A DNA stretch of 63,603 nucleotides, counting the filler, from Reticulomyxa filosa (lineage: Eukaryota > Protista > Foraminifera), in NCBI GenBank assembly GCA_000512085.1. It is 20 parts of 20 records of this genome, joined end to end, with 100 filler letters (N's around TTAATTAATTAA, not from the genome) between each part and the next. Parts side by side here need not be neighbours in the genome. Positions count along the whole stretch, not along the records: positions 37,635 to 39,398 come from ASPP01004680.1; positions 39,499 to 41,703 come from ASPP01008020.1; positions 41,804 to 45,603 come from ASPP01028481.1; positions 45,704 to 55,162 come from ASPP01006063.1; 16 more parts are not named here. One strand, given 5' to 3'. Below the pieces are notes generated by a model. It worked only from the letters and a program-made list of their open reading frames with translations, searched no databases and was not told where the DNA came from. Positions 37,535 to 51,700 of the stretch are shown in pieces. How positions within the stretch are numbered: the stretch's first letter is position 1; every line of letters begins with the position of its first letter. A program made the position numbers and the translations under genes.

Positions 37535-39559
37535 NNNNNNNNNNNNNNNNNNNNNNNNNNNNNNNNNNNNNNNNNNNNTTAATTAATTAANNNNNNNNNN
37601 NNNNNNNNNNNNNNNNNNNNNNNNNNNNNNNNNNAAAAAAAAAAAAAGAACTTAACATTGAAACATTGGACAATACTTTCAAAATTGTTGCGAATCTGTG
37701 GACGATATACTTTGGACGAGTTGTGTTGCTTAATACTTGATTGGATGGTGCGGCGAGACTTGGAAAAAAAAAATCTGCTGCGGTTGCAGATAATGTTGGT
37801 GGTTGGATTTGTGCTTGTGCCCGTGTTGTACCCGAACAGTTGATCACAGCCAACGTCCACAATCGATACTCGCTCTGACTTCTGAGCGTCCTTTTCGACT
37901 TATCATTGCCTCCACTTTGTCATTTTTCAATACGCTGTTATTTTTTTTCAAAAAAATCATTTCTAAATAAAATCCATAACATACACAGTTCATCATCTTC
38001 CCTTCATATCTCTTGATATACGTAAACCTCCCCTTTTTTTTAATGACAATTTTTTTTTTTTAGTCTTTCTATCATTGATATATACCTGAATGTAAATTTG
38101 TATATTGTCAATTGTATGTTTAAATAGATATGGTCATGTTCATTGTCGGCGTTTTGAAGTGCCAGTTCTTTTTGGACTGCTTTGGATTTGCAAACAGATT
38201 GCTTTGAAAAATACGTATAATTTTATTTGTTTGCATCAACTCATTGTTAGAAATTTGCAATGAGGATGCACTTGTCATGTTATTGTATAATTGTAGGATT
38301 GCCCACATTTCAACATCTTCAATTTCCACAAGTAGTTAAGCAACATGCCACGTGATATTGCCAGTATGTTCATATTGATGTGTTGATTGAAGTGTTTTTT
38401 TCTGTTCGCCCAGCTGCAATTGCTTGTATTCGTCTTACTTGCGCTTGACATCACAACAAGTACATTCAATACATGCAGCGCCACCAACACTAGCGAGGAT
38501 TTCATGCTACCACTTAACTAACCAAAGTGCTTACTAAATATTTTATCTTCTGTTTGTCCCCTTCTGCTGGGCACATCGAAACCGAAGGACATTCCATGAA
38601 CAATAAAGCCACTTTAAGATAAAAATAAGAAAAATTTGTGGCAAACGAATATATTTGTAAAACTCTAACTGGATTGCAACGATTTATGCAAGTGTCAAGT
38701 TGATTGGAAAATGAATTTGTTTTTTGTACATTCGCTATAGCTCAAGGTGAAAATAGTTTGTCCTTTTCAATTTAAAAATTATTTTCACTTAAGAAGATAA
38801 ATATACATAGATTAAAAAAAGCACTATCTCCGATCAAAGAAAAAATTTAATGGAAAAAGTGTCCACAGTAAATATTTCAACGATTTCCAAAAAAAACAAG
38901 AAGAAAATGGTTGAGCAGCCAGGCACGTAAAAACGCTCATTTACCATTCCACCATTTTTCATATCATCAAATTTATATCTGTGTATGTGTTTGTGTATTG
39001 TGTACATCACAATCGTTTTACATTTTATTTCTTTGTTTTTTTTTTTGATGGGTGAGAAAAGATCATCTGAAAAAAATTGATTGGTTGCATTTTGACTTGT
39101 AGACAAGTAAACAAGATGAGAAACCCCTCCACCTGTACAGCTGCAGTCTCTTGTAAATACATTTGTCGTTGTCTCATGCGTCTTAGCACAACTGTCATTT
39201 GGTGTTGTTCTTTGTGAAAACACACATAAATCTAATCGGGCTAATATAAGCCTCGCAAGAGAAAAAATGTTCTTTAACATGCCCGTGATGATGACATGTC
39301 TTTCCAAATATCATTGTCCAAGTAATCAACTCTAATGGTGGCCATGACTTTGCTGAAGTAAGGGTCCATGTGCTTGGGGATCGAAATCCCATTTCTCANN
39401 NNNNNNNNNNNNNNNNNNNNNNNNNNNNNNNNNNNNNNNNNNTTAATTAATTAANNNNNNNNNNNNNNNNNNNNNNNNNNNNNNNNNNNNNNNNNNNNAA
39501 TCATTTGAAAGAATTGTGATTTCATCCAACAAAAAAAAAAAATTATTAAAAAACAAATT

Positions 39560-39877
39560 TCATATTTAAAAACTACAAGATTTGTAGATATTAAAAAAAA
39601 AAAAAATTAGATCTAAATGTTTATTTTTCAAGGAGAAAATCAATTATCATCATATGATATCGTTTTAGGCGTTCAGTTTTCTTTGCAACAGACACCAAAT
39701 GAAAGTTAACAAAGTAATAAACAATGTTTTAAAAAAATTTTCAAATTGTAAAAGAAAAAATTGTTTAACATATAATGACTTATTTAAAAGACATTATCAT
39801 ATTTAAAAACTTCAACATTTGTAGATATTTTAAAAAATTGGTCTGAATGTTGTTTTTTCATGGAGAAAATCAATCAT
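39560..39877 (+). repeat. Two diverged copies of an ~85-bp non-coding repeat (39560-39645, 39797-39877), with a third copy at about 59455-59550
   Basis: TCATATTTAAAAAC...TTTGTAGATATT...GGAGAAAATCAAT; an exact 23-mer TTTTTCATGGAGAAAATCAATCA occurs at 39854 and 59485. Confidence 0.7.
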
Positions 39878-40894
39878 AAAGTAGCATTTTGTATTTCATG
39901 TTTTTTTTCAAACTACTGTATTATCAAATATCCAAAAATGTTGCTCAATTTTTAGTGTGGTTTTGGCAAGCATTTTGGGTACACAAAACAAAATGCACAA
40001 ATTACCAGCTGCGTTTGGAGTATTCACAGATGCACTTGTATTGACAAGTATTAATTGTGTTACATTGATGATTCTAAACGGTCTTTAGTTCATGTGTCCT
40101 GTCGTTGTTATTTTTTCGTTGGTATGCAAATGCGTTGCTAAGTATTGCATTTGGGTGCCTCTTTTGGAATGTTTGATGCTATCGTAAAGGTTCTCATTGT
40201 CTCAGTTTTTGATTGTTGTAAAAATCGGGTTTTGTTTATTTTGTTTTACAGTTCTTCAGCTTGTTTTGTATTTGTAACTCCTTTTTACTTTTTTTCTTCC
40301 AAATAATCAAACTTATTGTTGATGAATTCCCCTCAACGCTTTTGTCACCAACATTAGGGCTTCGGTTTTTCTTTTTTGTTGTTGCAAGGATCAATCAATT
40401 TGTTGTCTTTACATATTTGTGCTGTTGTTTTGGTCTATATTTTATCATTCTAGTACCACAAGATATAGACGTCGAATAATTTAAACAATTGTTCACACAG
40501 ACAATAAATTCATCTTATAGTCATAGCTTCACGTTTTCACAGGGGAAAAAAAAGTAAAATAAGTCTAAATGCGAGATAAAGAAGATCCGTTTGCAGACCA
40601 AACATCAGTTTTATTTAATGTTTTTATTTCGGTAATTGTTTTTGAGCTAAAAAGCAAAACAAAAACAAAAAAGCCAACATAGAACATTGCAAAGAAAATG
40701 AGTGTGTCGTAAAGTCACGTTGGAAAGTCAATTCACAAGACAAACAAACACACGCTCCCTCTCTCTCCTCCCCCTTCCCCCCTTCCGTCCACGACAAAGT
40801 CTCTCCCCCTTATTCTCCCGTCAACACTTCTCTCCTCCTTTTCCCTTCTCTTCCTTCTTCTCATTCCTCGACAGTGAGAGTTGAAGTTTGGGTG

Positions 40895-41626
40895 CTATGG
40901 CATGGTGTCCATGTCAATGTCCATATTTCCAGTAGAATAAAAAGGGGAATTGGGAAACATGTTGAAGTCGTCATTGTTGCCATGAGACCAATCAAATGAC
41001 GGACGTGTGCCCAGTCCAATGTTGACACGTTTGAATCCAAAGTCATTCATCGGCTCCATGTCAAAAGCTCCGTCATGGACGTTCATAAGACTATTGTTAT
41101 TGTTGCTATTGTTATTGTTATTATTATTATTGTTATTATTATTGTTGTTATTGTTCCACAAATTGTTCATACTTCCATTGACATTACTGTTTGTCAACAG
41201 CGATGGATTTGCATCACCATTGCCGCTCATCAATGGCGGCAAGTGCAAATTCGGAATACTGTTGTGGTCATTCGAAAATCCAAAGGCGCCATTGTGATGC
41301 GATGACGGCATTGTTGGCATTTGCTGCGATGGGGATGAGTTTAAAGAATGTGACATTGACAACACCGGAGGCATGTTTGTGAGACCAATGCCATTGCCAT
41401 TTACGTTTCCATTGCTATTGCCGTTCATATTCACATTGCCGTTACCATTGTATCCAAAAAAATTTCCCATTGGACTCATCATTGTGTGGCCGATATTGGA
41501 CGAATATGTCTGAAAGGTCTCCAATTGAGCTCGCAGTAAGTTCAGCTCATTTATCAGTGATTGTTGGGTACGTTTCGAAAATGCCATTTCCTCGGTCTTA
41601 CCTCCCATTCGCAATTGCATAAACAA
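40895..41626 (-). CDS. Terminal exon of an Asn/Met/Gly-rich low-complexity protein with a short coiled coil
   Basis: 243-aa ORF; QQSLINELNLLRAQLETFQ followed by an N-rich tail. Confidence 0.55.
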   Translation of the reverse strand: MFMQLRMGGKTEEMAFSKRTQQSLINELNLLRAQLETFQTYSSNIGHTMMSPMGNFFGYNGNGNVNMNGNSNGNVNGNGIGLTNMPPVLSMSHSLNSSPSQQMPTMPSSHHNGAFGFSNDHNSIPNLHLPPLMSGNGDANPSLLTNSNVNGSMNNLWNNNNNNNNNNNNNNNNSNNNNSLMNVHDGAFDMEPMNDFGFKRVNIGLGTRPSFDWSHGNNDDFNMFPNSPFYSTGNMDIDMDTMP

Positions 41627-43279
41627 ACAACCAATTTTTTTTTGTGTGTGTGTCTATTGTAGTCAATTTGCATCCCCCCTTTTTTTTTTTTTTTTTTTTT
41701 TTTNNNNNNNNNNNNNNNNNNNNNNNNNNNNNNNNNNNNNNNNNNNNTTAATTAATTAANNNNNNNNNNNNNNNNNNNNNNNNNNNNNNNNNNNNNNNNN
41801 NNNTAGTTTAGTGTCAGTTTTTTCAAATATTTTTTCAAAGTTTTCACAAAGTTATTGTTTGTTGTTAGTTTTTTCGCCTTTATATAATTTTTCTTTAATT
41901 ATCTACTAAATGCTATCAATTGGATTTAGGTCTGGTGAATTAAAAGGAAAGTTTATCAGTTATATTATTTTCTTTAAACTAATCCATTATTTCTTCAGCT
42001 TTATGACATAATGAATCTTCTCTGACTGCCAGATTCAGCTTTTCTTTTTATGGCTCCATTATACTTATATGACGACAGCCAAAATCGAAGCTATACTTAT
42101 ATTAAATATCTCCAAGGCACGCAAACTGACGAGAAAAGTTTCAAATCGGAATTGCAAGTATTGGTCTTCACTGAGCTATGCCTTTTGCTGATTGGACACG
42201 ACAACGGACACATACGAACCGTTTTCTTTACCAAACGGCGTGCTTCCACATCTTCAGTACAAATGCATCTCATTTCTGCAGTTTTTGTTGTCTTGATTGC
42301 TAATTCAGACTTGCAAATCAGATTTGATTCATTGTTTCTATTTCTCGACTGACTTGTATTTTTTTAAGATTGATTTTAAATTGACTCCTCCTAATTTCAA
42401 TTGACTGACGATATTCTCAGGCCTTTCAATTTTGACAACTCTTGTGTGGATCAGTGTATGTCATTTTTGATAAAGCCTGTGTTGGAGTATATTCTTTCTT
42501 GACATCAATACGTATATCAAATTTGTATTGTTTTATCATTTTTCAAATTCATTAAAAAAAAGAAATTTAAAAAATTGGAGAGATTGAGTTATAAAACCTT
42601 ATCCAATAGATAGTGATTTTTTAACCTTTCAGTTTCTTCAGCTCAAAATGAAAAAAAAGACAACTAACAAGCATGGCCGCAACTGTACCGTACTGCTTCT
42701 TTCATAAGCAATGATCAGAAATTAAAAAACTGCAAACAACGAGATGAAAAAACAAGTGAAGGACTGTTTTTCTTTGATCAAATGACAAAAAAACCAATAT
42801 TCTAAAATTCGAATGCGACAATTCCAAACAATTGATTATGTGCAATGTTCATCACGTATACAAAAAACCTAGTTTTGTGTTCATATTCTTTTGCACTTTT
42901 GCAGAGGAATACATTGAAGAAGGAACTGTTTCCATGTTTTATAAGTTTGACTTGTTAGCTTGTTAAAGAGAGAAGAGCCAAACCACATTTACAGAAGCAG
43001 AACTTTTTTGAAAAAAAGGAAAACTTTTTCACTTCCAGAGAAAAAAAAAAATTATTCAAATAATATTTTATCAAATATTCATTCCAAAAGATAATTATAC
43101 TTTTCGATTATGTGTCAATAAGTTGTTTTTGGAAATGAAATGTTAGCAAAAATGTCAACAATATTTTACTTTTTTTTTAAGTAATTTCGTCCAAAATGGC
43201 AATTTTTGAAATATTTTGATATTTTACATCTTTTTTTTTATAAGCATATTACATTTTACTGAACAAAAAAAAGGGTTTT

Positions 43280-43975
43280 TTCTTTCTTTTTTTGTCGTCT
43301 TCACTTGTGCCAACTTGTATTTGGGGTGATATTGCCCCCTAGTCACACTTGCAACAGTATGTTTGTTTTGTATTTTTTTATTTTTTCAACTGAAGAAGTC
43401 TGTTTGTTTGTGTTTTGAACAGACTCACATTTGAAAAAAAAATGAATTGTTACTTTGGATGTTTCGCATCCTTCAGCAAAATAAAAAAAAATGATAAATG
43501 GGGTAAGGCTCCCCGTCTCCGAAAGGAGTCACAAAGGTTTGTGATCTATTTATTTATTTATTTTTTTAAAATATTAAACTTTGATTTGTTTGAAACAGCT
43601 GTTGCCAGTCCCGAAAAAAAAAATGTGTTTTACCTATCATCTCAGCAAAGAAAAATATGGGGTTGAAGTCCATCCCGCATGGAAAAAAAAATGAAAGGGT
43701 TTGTATATTTTTATACGTTTTTGTTTTATTATAAAAATTTTATTTTGTTTTTTTGTATTTTTAAATAGGCATGCCCCCAACAACTAATATTTTTTTTACA
43801 GAATGGATTTGGCAAAAAAAATTATTTTTTTTTTGCAAAAAAGAAAAAAAAATAGTAAATTTATTGGAAATTGGAGCTTGGCTCCATCGACCAAAGTTAA
43901 TTTTTTTTTTTTCATTTAAAAATAAAAAATAATTTGTTATTTGTATAGACGTGCAAGAATCAACTCAAATGATAT
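43280..43975 (+). pseudogene. Cryptic multi-exon gene remnant or low-quality gene sequence, unidentified
   Basis: Short GC-richer blocks flanked by GT..AG (e.g. ...ACAAAG|GTTTG, AAACAG|CTG, AAATAG|GCATG, GTATAG|ACG); frames are broken at homopolymers. Confidence 0.3.
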
Positions 43976-45703
43976 GTTTTTTTGTTTTTTTAGAAAAAAA
44001 TGTGTGGGGAAAATTTGAAAATTGTTTTAAAAGTGGAAAAATGGGGAAAAAATAATTTAAAAAGTGGGGAAAAAAATGGGAAAAAAATTTTATTGAAAAT
44101 AAAAGAAAGAAGAAAAAAAATGAAAATAAAAAAGATAAAAAGAAAAAGAAAATGAAGAAAAAATGATAGAAAAAGATGAAGAAAAATAATAAGAAAATAA
44201 AAAGGAAAAAAGAAAAAATTAAAAGAAAAAATCAATTTTGTTTTTCTTTTTTTTGTTCAAGAGAAGTTAAATATATTTTTTTATTTGTGATTTATTTTTT
44301 AAAAATATTTGACAATGTACAGGAACGATTTGCTGTATAATGAAAGTGTTGCTGGCTGATAATGTGTTAAGTAAGTTTGAAAATTGTTTATACGTATTTC
44401 AAACTTTTAGATAATTTTATAAAACGATTTAGAAAATGCTGGTGTGTCTTTGTAATATATGAAGCATGATAATGTAAAAAATTTGGAGAAGATTCGCACC
44501 AGTTGGAGTACTGTCAACGTTGCACTTATTGGACTTTTGGTTGTGATCGCGAGTTGGATTATTATCGTTGTTGCAGCTGTCGTGTTGAGTTCCTGGTCGT
44601 TTGCAAGTTTTGTTCCTGTCGTTATCAAGTTAGTTCCTGCAAGTCGTGTTCCGGTCGTTGAGTTGGTTGCAAGTTGTCCTGGTCATTATCGATGTGCTGT
44701 TCAACATTGGGTCGTGTGCTTAGTCGGATAATAAATCTCGATTTTGTTCATTTGGCCGCAAAAGTTGCGGTAAATCGTATGAAGTGTCTTTTTTTTTTTA
44801 TGTAAGAAGAACACGTATATAATTGTAGACTTGTCTGTGTGTAAATAGGTAATTTGTAATCAAAAAGGATTAAAAAGTGAAAAAAAAGGCTTGGGAAACA
44901 CTGTATACATATTGGTGAATATGTGGATTATCGATAATAACATTCGTTGGCAGTCCGCAGAAAAGGGTGGTAGTAAAGCACCATAAAAATGCGTTGTTGA
45001 TTTGTGGCGACGAAAAATTATGGGAATTACGATAATTTAAATTGTTATACGTCCATCCCATCGTCTTGTTCGACACTTCGACTGCATTCACATCCAATTC
45101 ACATTCTACAATCGCCTTCACAATTACGATCAGCATCAGATTGTGGATATCAAAATGTCTTGCCATACTCGCACAATGACATGTTATTTATTGGGAAAGA
45201 CTTGGTATCTCGCAATTACTACACATGGACTAGTCTGGATATTAAAATGTTTCGGTGGCAAGTGTCAAAGAAATATGCCGAAAAGTGTGGTAATCGCTGC
45301 AACACCGTGTGAATGTGATGGCCAACGAAAGTCACTCGAGCGGCCAAAAGCTGAGAACATTATGGTCAAGTGTTTTGGTATTATTGCGGTTCGTCGAAAT
45401 GTCCAAAAGTTCTAAATAAACAGTTTGTGTTTTTGTGATTATACAAAATAAATCAAAAAACTTCTTAAAAAAAAAAACTTACATGTACAAACATAAAAAT
45501 AGGTTCTGAGAACAATCGGCGAGTCACTTGGGGGAAAAGGTGGTCATGTGAATCGAAAAGATCAAAAAATGAAAATTCCACAAAAAAAAAGATCATAGAA
45601 AAGNNNNNNNNNNNNNNNNNNNNNNNNNNNNNNNNNNNNNNNNNNNNTTAATTAATTAANNNNNNNNNNNNNNNNNNNNNNNNNNNNNNNNNNNNNNNNN
45701 NNN

Positions 45704-45741
<38 letters not shown>

Positions 45742-45760
45742 AACAAATACACCGAAAACA

Positions 45761-48700
45761 GTTGGAGCAAGTATTATTAACCGCCAAGAAATTACGTCCT
45801 ATGGAAAAACCCAAGAAAAGCGCTCGAGGATGGTGGCGCTACACAGCACAATGCATAATCAATTTACAACGCAAAACCAAAAGTGAACGAAAAATGACAA
45901 ACGAACACGACCCCTTTTCACCCCAATTTATCGATAGCTTTCGCAGTCGCAAAAAAAAATATTTGGAGTTGTATAAACGCAAAATGCGACCTGTCCGACA
46001 CGCCACCTGGCTTCCACATCTAACTCCAGAAGAACTTGAGGAATTAAAAGAAATGGAATACCGGTTGGTTTGTTTTGTCTTATTTTATTTCATTTGTCAT
46101 TTTTTTTTTTTCGTTTTGTTGCAAATCGAACATTCGAAAAGAAAAGGAGTGACTGTGTTATCGTCATAGAATCCCAATCGATCAAACGTTAATATTCCGA
46201 TCCATTGCTATGGCGGAGTTGAAAGAGGAACTAAAAAAAAGAGAAATCTTCCAACAGGAAAAGCAACGCGAAAAAGAAAAGAAAATGCGAGACTCGTATC
46301 GAGTGACTCGATGGCTGACGTATGCGCAATCGTATATTAGTCAAACGGAGGAATTCGCCAGTGATTATCAATTGACCCCCGAGGAAGAAAAGAAAATGCT
46401 GCAACAATTGGATATCGACAGGGCCATGTCCCAAATGAAACTGCCTCACGAGTACGTCGTACATCGTTTGAGCATTGATTTGAAGAGCGTTTGGTTAAAT
46501 TTGTTTGACGAAACAGCCCGTGTTGCGACGTTGCAAATTTCCACCAAAACGCAAATACAAATTCGGCCCAATTCGGCTTTGATTGGATTGGCTGTTCATG
46601 AAATTGAATTGAAACCTGGTTTGTTTCCATTGATTATTTTGATGTGTTTTTTTAACAAAACAAACATTCCCACATAAAAAAAAAAAAAAAAGGTACAAAT
46701 GATTCTTCCGTATTCCCATTTATCATCACCAAACGAGAAATGTCGGAGTTATTGCCTGAATACAACGAACAACAAGTGCCTAAGCAACGACGCTCAATGA
46801 TGTACAAAACGATATCGCAAAGTGGATATAAAAGTCTAAAAAACAGAAGGGATGGTCGAAGGAACTCGTTTCTGTTAAGTCAAACGTTTGAAAACAAAAA
46901 CACTACAGAAACCTATTATACCCATGCTCACACACAATCCCCTTTTCAATCCAATGACTTGATCCAAGTCGAAATTGAGACTAATCCAATGATGAGCGAT
47001 GCCGACTCAAGGATACTTGTGGATATCAAGCCTATTCAAATCGTATGGAATGTGGATTGGGTCAAAACGATGATTGAATTTTTTACTATTGCCAAGCCGA
47101 TTATTACTACACAAGGTTATCTTATGTGTGCATATATATACATATATATGTATATATGTGTATATATATGTCTTTTTTTTTTTTTTTTGAAAAGACAAGT
47201 GATGGTAGTCCATGTGAAGTACTTGATTGATTCAAAAAACAACAACAACAACAACAACAACAAAACAGAACGCTCCTTTTCAGAGCCATTGCCACAATTG
47301 TCACAAGAAGCCACTCCAACATTATCCACGGCCTCGACGAATGGAATGGGCGACCCCAGTTCAACGCGTAAAAAGATGAATTGGAAGCAAAAGCGACAGC
47401 GACAACTGTTGAGCGTGTTGGCACAAAAGATACAAAACGAAGTGGCAGTGGAGGTAAACGGACTAATGTTGTTGGTGCCGGGGGATTGCAAGAACAAAAA
47501 CAGTCAATTGCTTGTCGTGGAAATTGCGTCATTTGAAGTGAGCAATGAACTGCCATTCCGATTGGTCAACAAGAAGGGATTGCATCCACATATCCATGGC
47601 AGCACCGCGACGATTACGAATACAACCACACTCACACGCACGAATACAGAGTTTTCCTCTCTTCATTCCACCACAGTGGAGTCGGTGGATCACCAGAGAG
47701 AAGACGAGCCAACATTGTCTGCAACGCAGTCGACGACGTCATTGCCTCCTGGAGTGGAGTGCATGTCCGACGTGCAATCGGAACAGCCGAGCAAAGTCTA
47801 TGCCGTGGACACGTCTGCGACGACAATACAAAGTACACAATCTTTGTTGGCAAAGGACAAAGACATTGGTCCTCCCAAGCTTATCACTGTCAAACATGAT
47901 TGGGACTCAATATCCTATCTACCCAATATTGATAGACATCGAGGACGAAAGTTGACCCTCGCCTCAACGCGAGAGTCGACAAGAAACAGTCGCGACTCCT
48001 CTTCGTCCTCATTTGTGTTCGAAATACAGAAACGTGATCGAAAACAGCCCGGAGTCTTGCATTCCGTCTTTGAAACGGTTCGAAATCATCCGCACAAATA
48101 CGAAACCGTCTATATTCGTCAACAAAACGCGGCGCTGTATTTGTTCGATTCGATAGAAAAATTTTGGAACAAAACCAACTCCAAGTCCTGTTGGCAATCC
48201 ATTGTGGATACATTTTCCTTTTCCATGACCATTCACAACTGCGTTGAAGAGACCGTCAACCTCCCCAAACTCTTTTTGAACGGAAAACTGCCGAAAATGT
48301 ACTTGCACATTTCCACATCCACCTTCCATACTTTGTTCAACATCATGGAGGATATTTTGGCCATCAGTTTCCGCGAAAGTGTCGAATTGCACGAGCCACT
48401 ACTGCCTCCTCCGGAAGAAATGGAGGCTTTAGATCAATTGGCGGGGCATGTGGAGTCTCAAGAAGAGAAAGACAGCAACGTTACTCCACGAATCGTCTCA
48501 GACGATGATAATAACAATAACAATAGCAATGACAATAATGATAATAATAATAATAATAATAATAATAATAGTAATGTTGGAATTGATGACAATAGTACAA
48601 AACATAACAACGAAGATCAACCGAATTCAATGTCGAGTCCACAAGTTCCTCCCTTATCCTCTGGCTCCAGCGATCTGAAATCCGATATTGTGATGGAAAA

Positions 48701-51700
48701 AGACATGTCCAGTTCTGGTGCAGGGCAAAGCAGAGAGACAGACGAACTGAAATTACTGCGTCCGACGCAAATGAGTGACTCATTGCTTGCCAATTTTATG
48801 GACGTGAATGAATTCAAACAGACTCAAAAAGCCGAAGTTGAAACGGTGCAGAAAAAATTTCCAAATCTGCATTTCATTTGCCAGTTTGATATGGAATCAT
48901 TTTCGTTGCAATTGACGGATGATCACGTCGATCGAGAGTCGCCGCATTACTATTCGCAGCCGATTATGCTATTCCGATCCGAGCATTTGTGGGTGCATTT
49001 AGACCAAACTCAAAAGAAATTTGAAGGCGACTTCCGATTGAAGTCGCTGTTCATCGAAGACTTGTTTCAGCAAACGAGCGAAGACTATCACTACTTGGTC
49101 ACTTCGCAAGTCCAACAGGCATTTCCAAAGATCGAATTTGACGAGCAGAGCGAAGATCTCATTTTTATCCACGCAGTGTCACAGCCATCCATTGATCATG
49201 TCAGCGTCGCATGCAAATTCAATGCCCTGCACGTGGGATGGAATCCAGACTCCATTTTTGCGGCCATCAAGTTTGGACAGCGAATTGTGGACATGAAGGA
49301 ACACATGTGGAAGTCCTTGTCAACGACCAATGGTATTACTGTATTTCGCGACATGGTCGTGACCAATGACGGATTAAAGGTGTTGCAGTTACCGACGACA
49401 GCTTCGTGTGTCGACTCCAATATTCCATTGTCGTCCAATGAGTCCATCGAAGACACCCCTTTGGCATTAATCAAGCTCGACTTGGAGATAGAAATGAAAT
49501 TGTTGGCAATCACTCTCAACGCCAACGAGGCGAGTCATACATTCAGACCGCAGCAGTCTAATGTCCAAATCAATAACGAAACGACGACCAACGACAAAAG
49601 AAAAGTGTGGAACACACCGCAGTGTTATCGACCCATTGCCCGCATTATCAATTCCAACACACATATGAAATTGCATACGTATCGAAAAGGGTGGACGCAT
49701 GTGACGGGAGAATTGGGAAATTTAAAAGTGAAAGATCTGCAAAGAAAAGAAACCTTGTTTGTTTTGTATTCGCAATAATGTAACCAAGCTATGAGTAGGA
49801 GGAAGAAAACTAAAATAAAATAAAATAAAATAAAATAAAATAAAAAGAAAAACAACACAAATAAACATTTGGTATACAGATATGAAGACATATTATGTCT
49901 AAAAGAAAAGGACGATTTCCAAATTGGAAAATTTGACCTCAAATTGTTTGACGCATCAAAACTCCCACCACAAGACTTTCCAGGCTATGCCTCAAAGTTT
50001 GAATTTTCAATGAACGGCGTCAAGTTTGTGCATTTGCAAGCGTTCATGTCCGAAATGGTCCATTATGTGAATACGTGCATCCTAAAGGTTGTCATTCCGA
50101 CCAAGACCAACGTTCCTGACTCTCAGCTTGTTGCTTCGGGTGTTGAGAATGAGCCCGTGCATTCATTGAGCAAAGAGACGAACATTGTCGGTAGTTCAAT
50201 GGAAGAGTTTTGCAAAAACATAAAAAAGGAACAAATGATAATTTGCATTCAAACGTGTAACCCCGTGGTAATTGTGCCAAGACATTTTATGAGTCCCGAA
50301 CACATCAAACTGGATTTGGGCATGGTCGTTATTACCAACGAATGCAAGTTGCATCCCAATCAGCAAGACGTGGTGGATGTGTTGACTGTCTCGACCACCA
50401 AGGCCTCGGTCGCGACAAACACCCACGCCATTGCACCGGATATCGCCATCAAAATGCACTACATGAGAAAACTGAATCCGCAGTGTTCGGAGCCAGACAC
50501 GGAAGTGGACGTGGTCGTGCCCTTTTTGAAAGGGTCATTTCGTCATGAACAATACGTGTTGTTCTTGAATACCATCTTTGACAACTTTTGTTCTCCTTGT
50601 GTATTGGTGGATGATCCTTTGCAAAACAATATTGTCGATGAAAGCGTAATCAATCCGAAAGCATTTCAGGTCCATCCAGAAACCGATACATTGCATTTAC
50701 CCTTATCATCGTCGTCGTTGTCGTCGTCGTCGTCGTCGTCCTTGTCGGAACACAAGGAGGAGACAATAGCAAATCCCAAATTGCCCAGCACCATGTCACT
50801 CTGCTTGCGAGTAGACACGGCATCCTTTTCATTAGCTCATGACTTGGTCAATGGCAAGGCGTCCGTGAAGACGCTGGCAAAGCTGGACGTGACCGACTTT
50901 ATGATTTCGAATGTCAGTCGTCGGTCTTTGGACGGTCTGTTCACAGTGAAGTTTGGATCGGTGATGATCACGGACGAACGGAAGTTGGACAACAACAATT
51001 TGACAAGATATTATGTCGCTATCAGGATCTATTGTCCAGCGGAGAGCGCCGAATGCTATCCACAGACAACAAAACCCCATCGATGGAAATGACTTGGAAA
51101 ACGAGCGTAAAGTCCAATCAAAAGTATCGTCGTCAAGAGGTTACCATGAACATCAACGACCCGTGCTCGTTTGCAGTTGGCTCGATATTCCGACATATTT
51201 ACGATTGGTTTGTCACTACCGAAAACCCTTTTGTGGACGAGTTCAAACCCGTTCCCATCGTCGTCGTCGTCGTCAACACAAAATCCAATGGTGATAGCAG
51301 CTCGAATTCCAATCCATTGGCGACAAATGACGCGTCCAACGAAAACGAAGGTGAGTCGAATCAACCTCATCGTCTCAAAGGCAAGACCAACGTCAATGAT
51401 AGCAACAATGGCAAAGATAAAAGAACATTGTCAACAGAAGACGACTTGGAACAAAAAGAACATTCGAACAATTCGAATGAGTCCTCTTCCGCTGTGTCGA
51501 CATGGGACAGAGACGAATTTCATGTATGCTTGCAACTAAACAACGCGCGAATTGTACTGTTGCGTGATTTGCACAAACGCGATTGCGATGCCATAATGAC
51601 CCATGGAGACACGCAGTACATTTACGACTGGTGCATGACCCCGGACGTGTTGGTAAAGTCGCAGCAAGTGTCATTGAACAACTTTGGCTTGCACTTTGCG

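Noticed and set aside
37635-39397. Coding-like fragments on the minus strand, one with a signal-peptide-like start (38505)
   Set aside because: I could not build a consistent spliced model or recognise a family.
43990-44260. Purine-only G/A-run tract resembling telomeric or G-quadruplex repeats
   Set aside because: It has no consistent repeat unit and looks like low-quality read consensus or simple low-complexity DNA.
44480-45420. GT-rich imperfect repeats and short ORFs, possibly a retroelement or kinase relic
   Set aside because: No diagnostic motif was found and frames are broken, so no call can be supported.
51000-51040. Frame switch inside VPS13 (also at about 16172 in p150), suggesting programmed frameshifting or RNA editing
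   Set aside because: Each is fixed by adding one base to a short homopolymer, which is typical of 454 error; no slippery site or stimulatory structure was seen.
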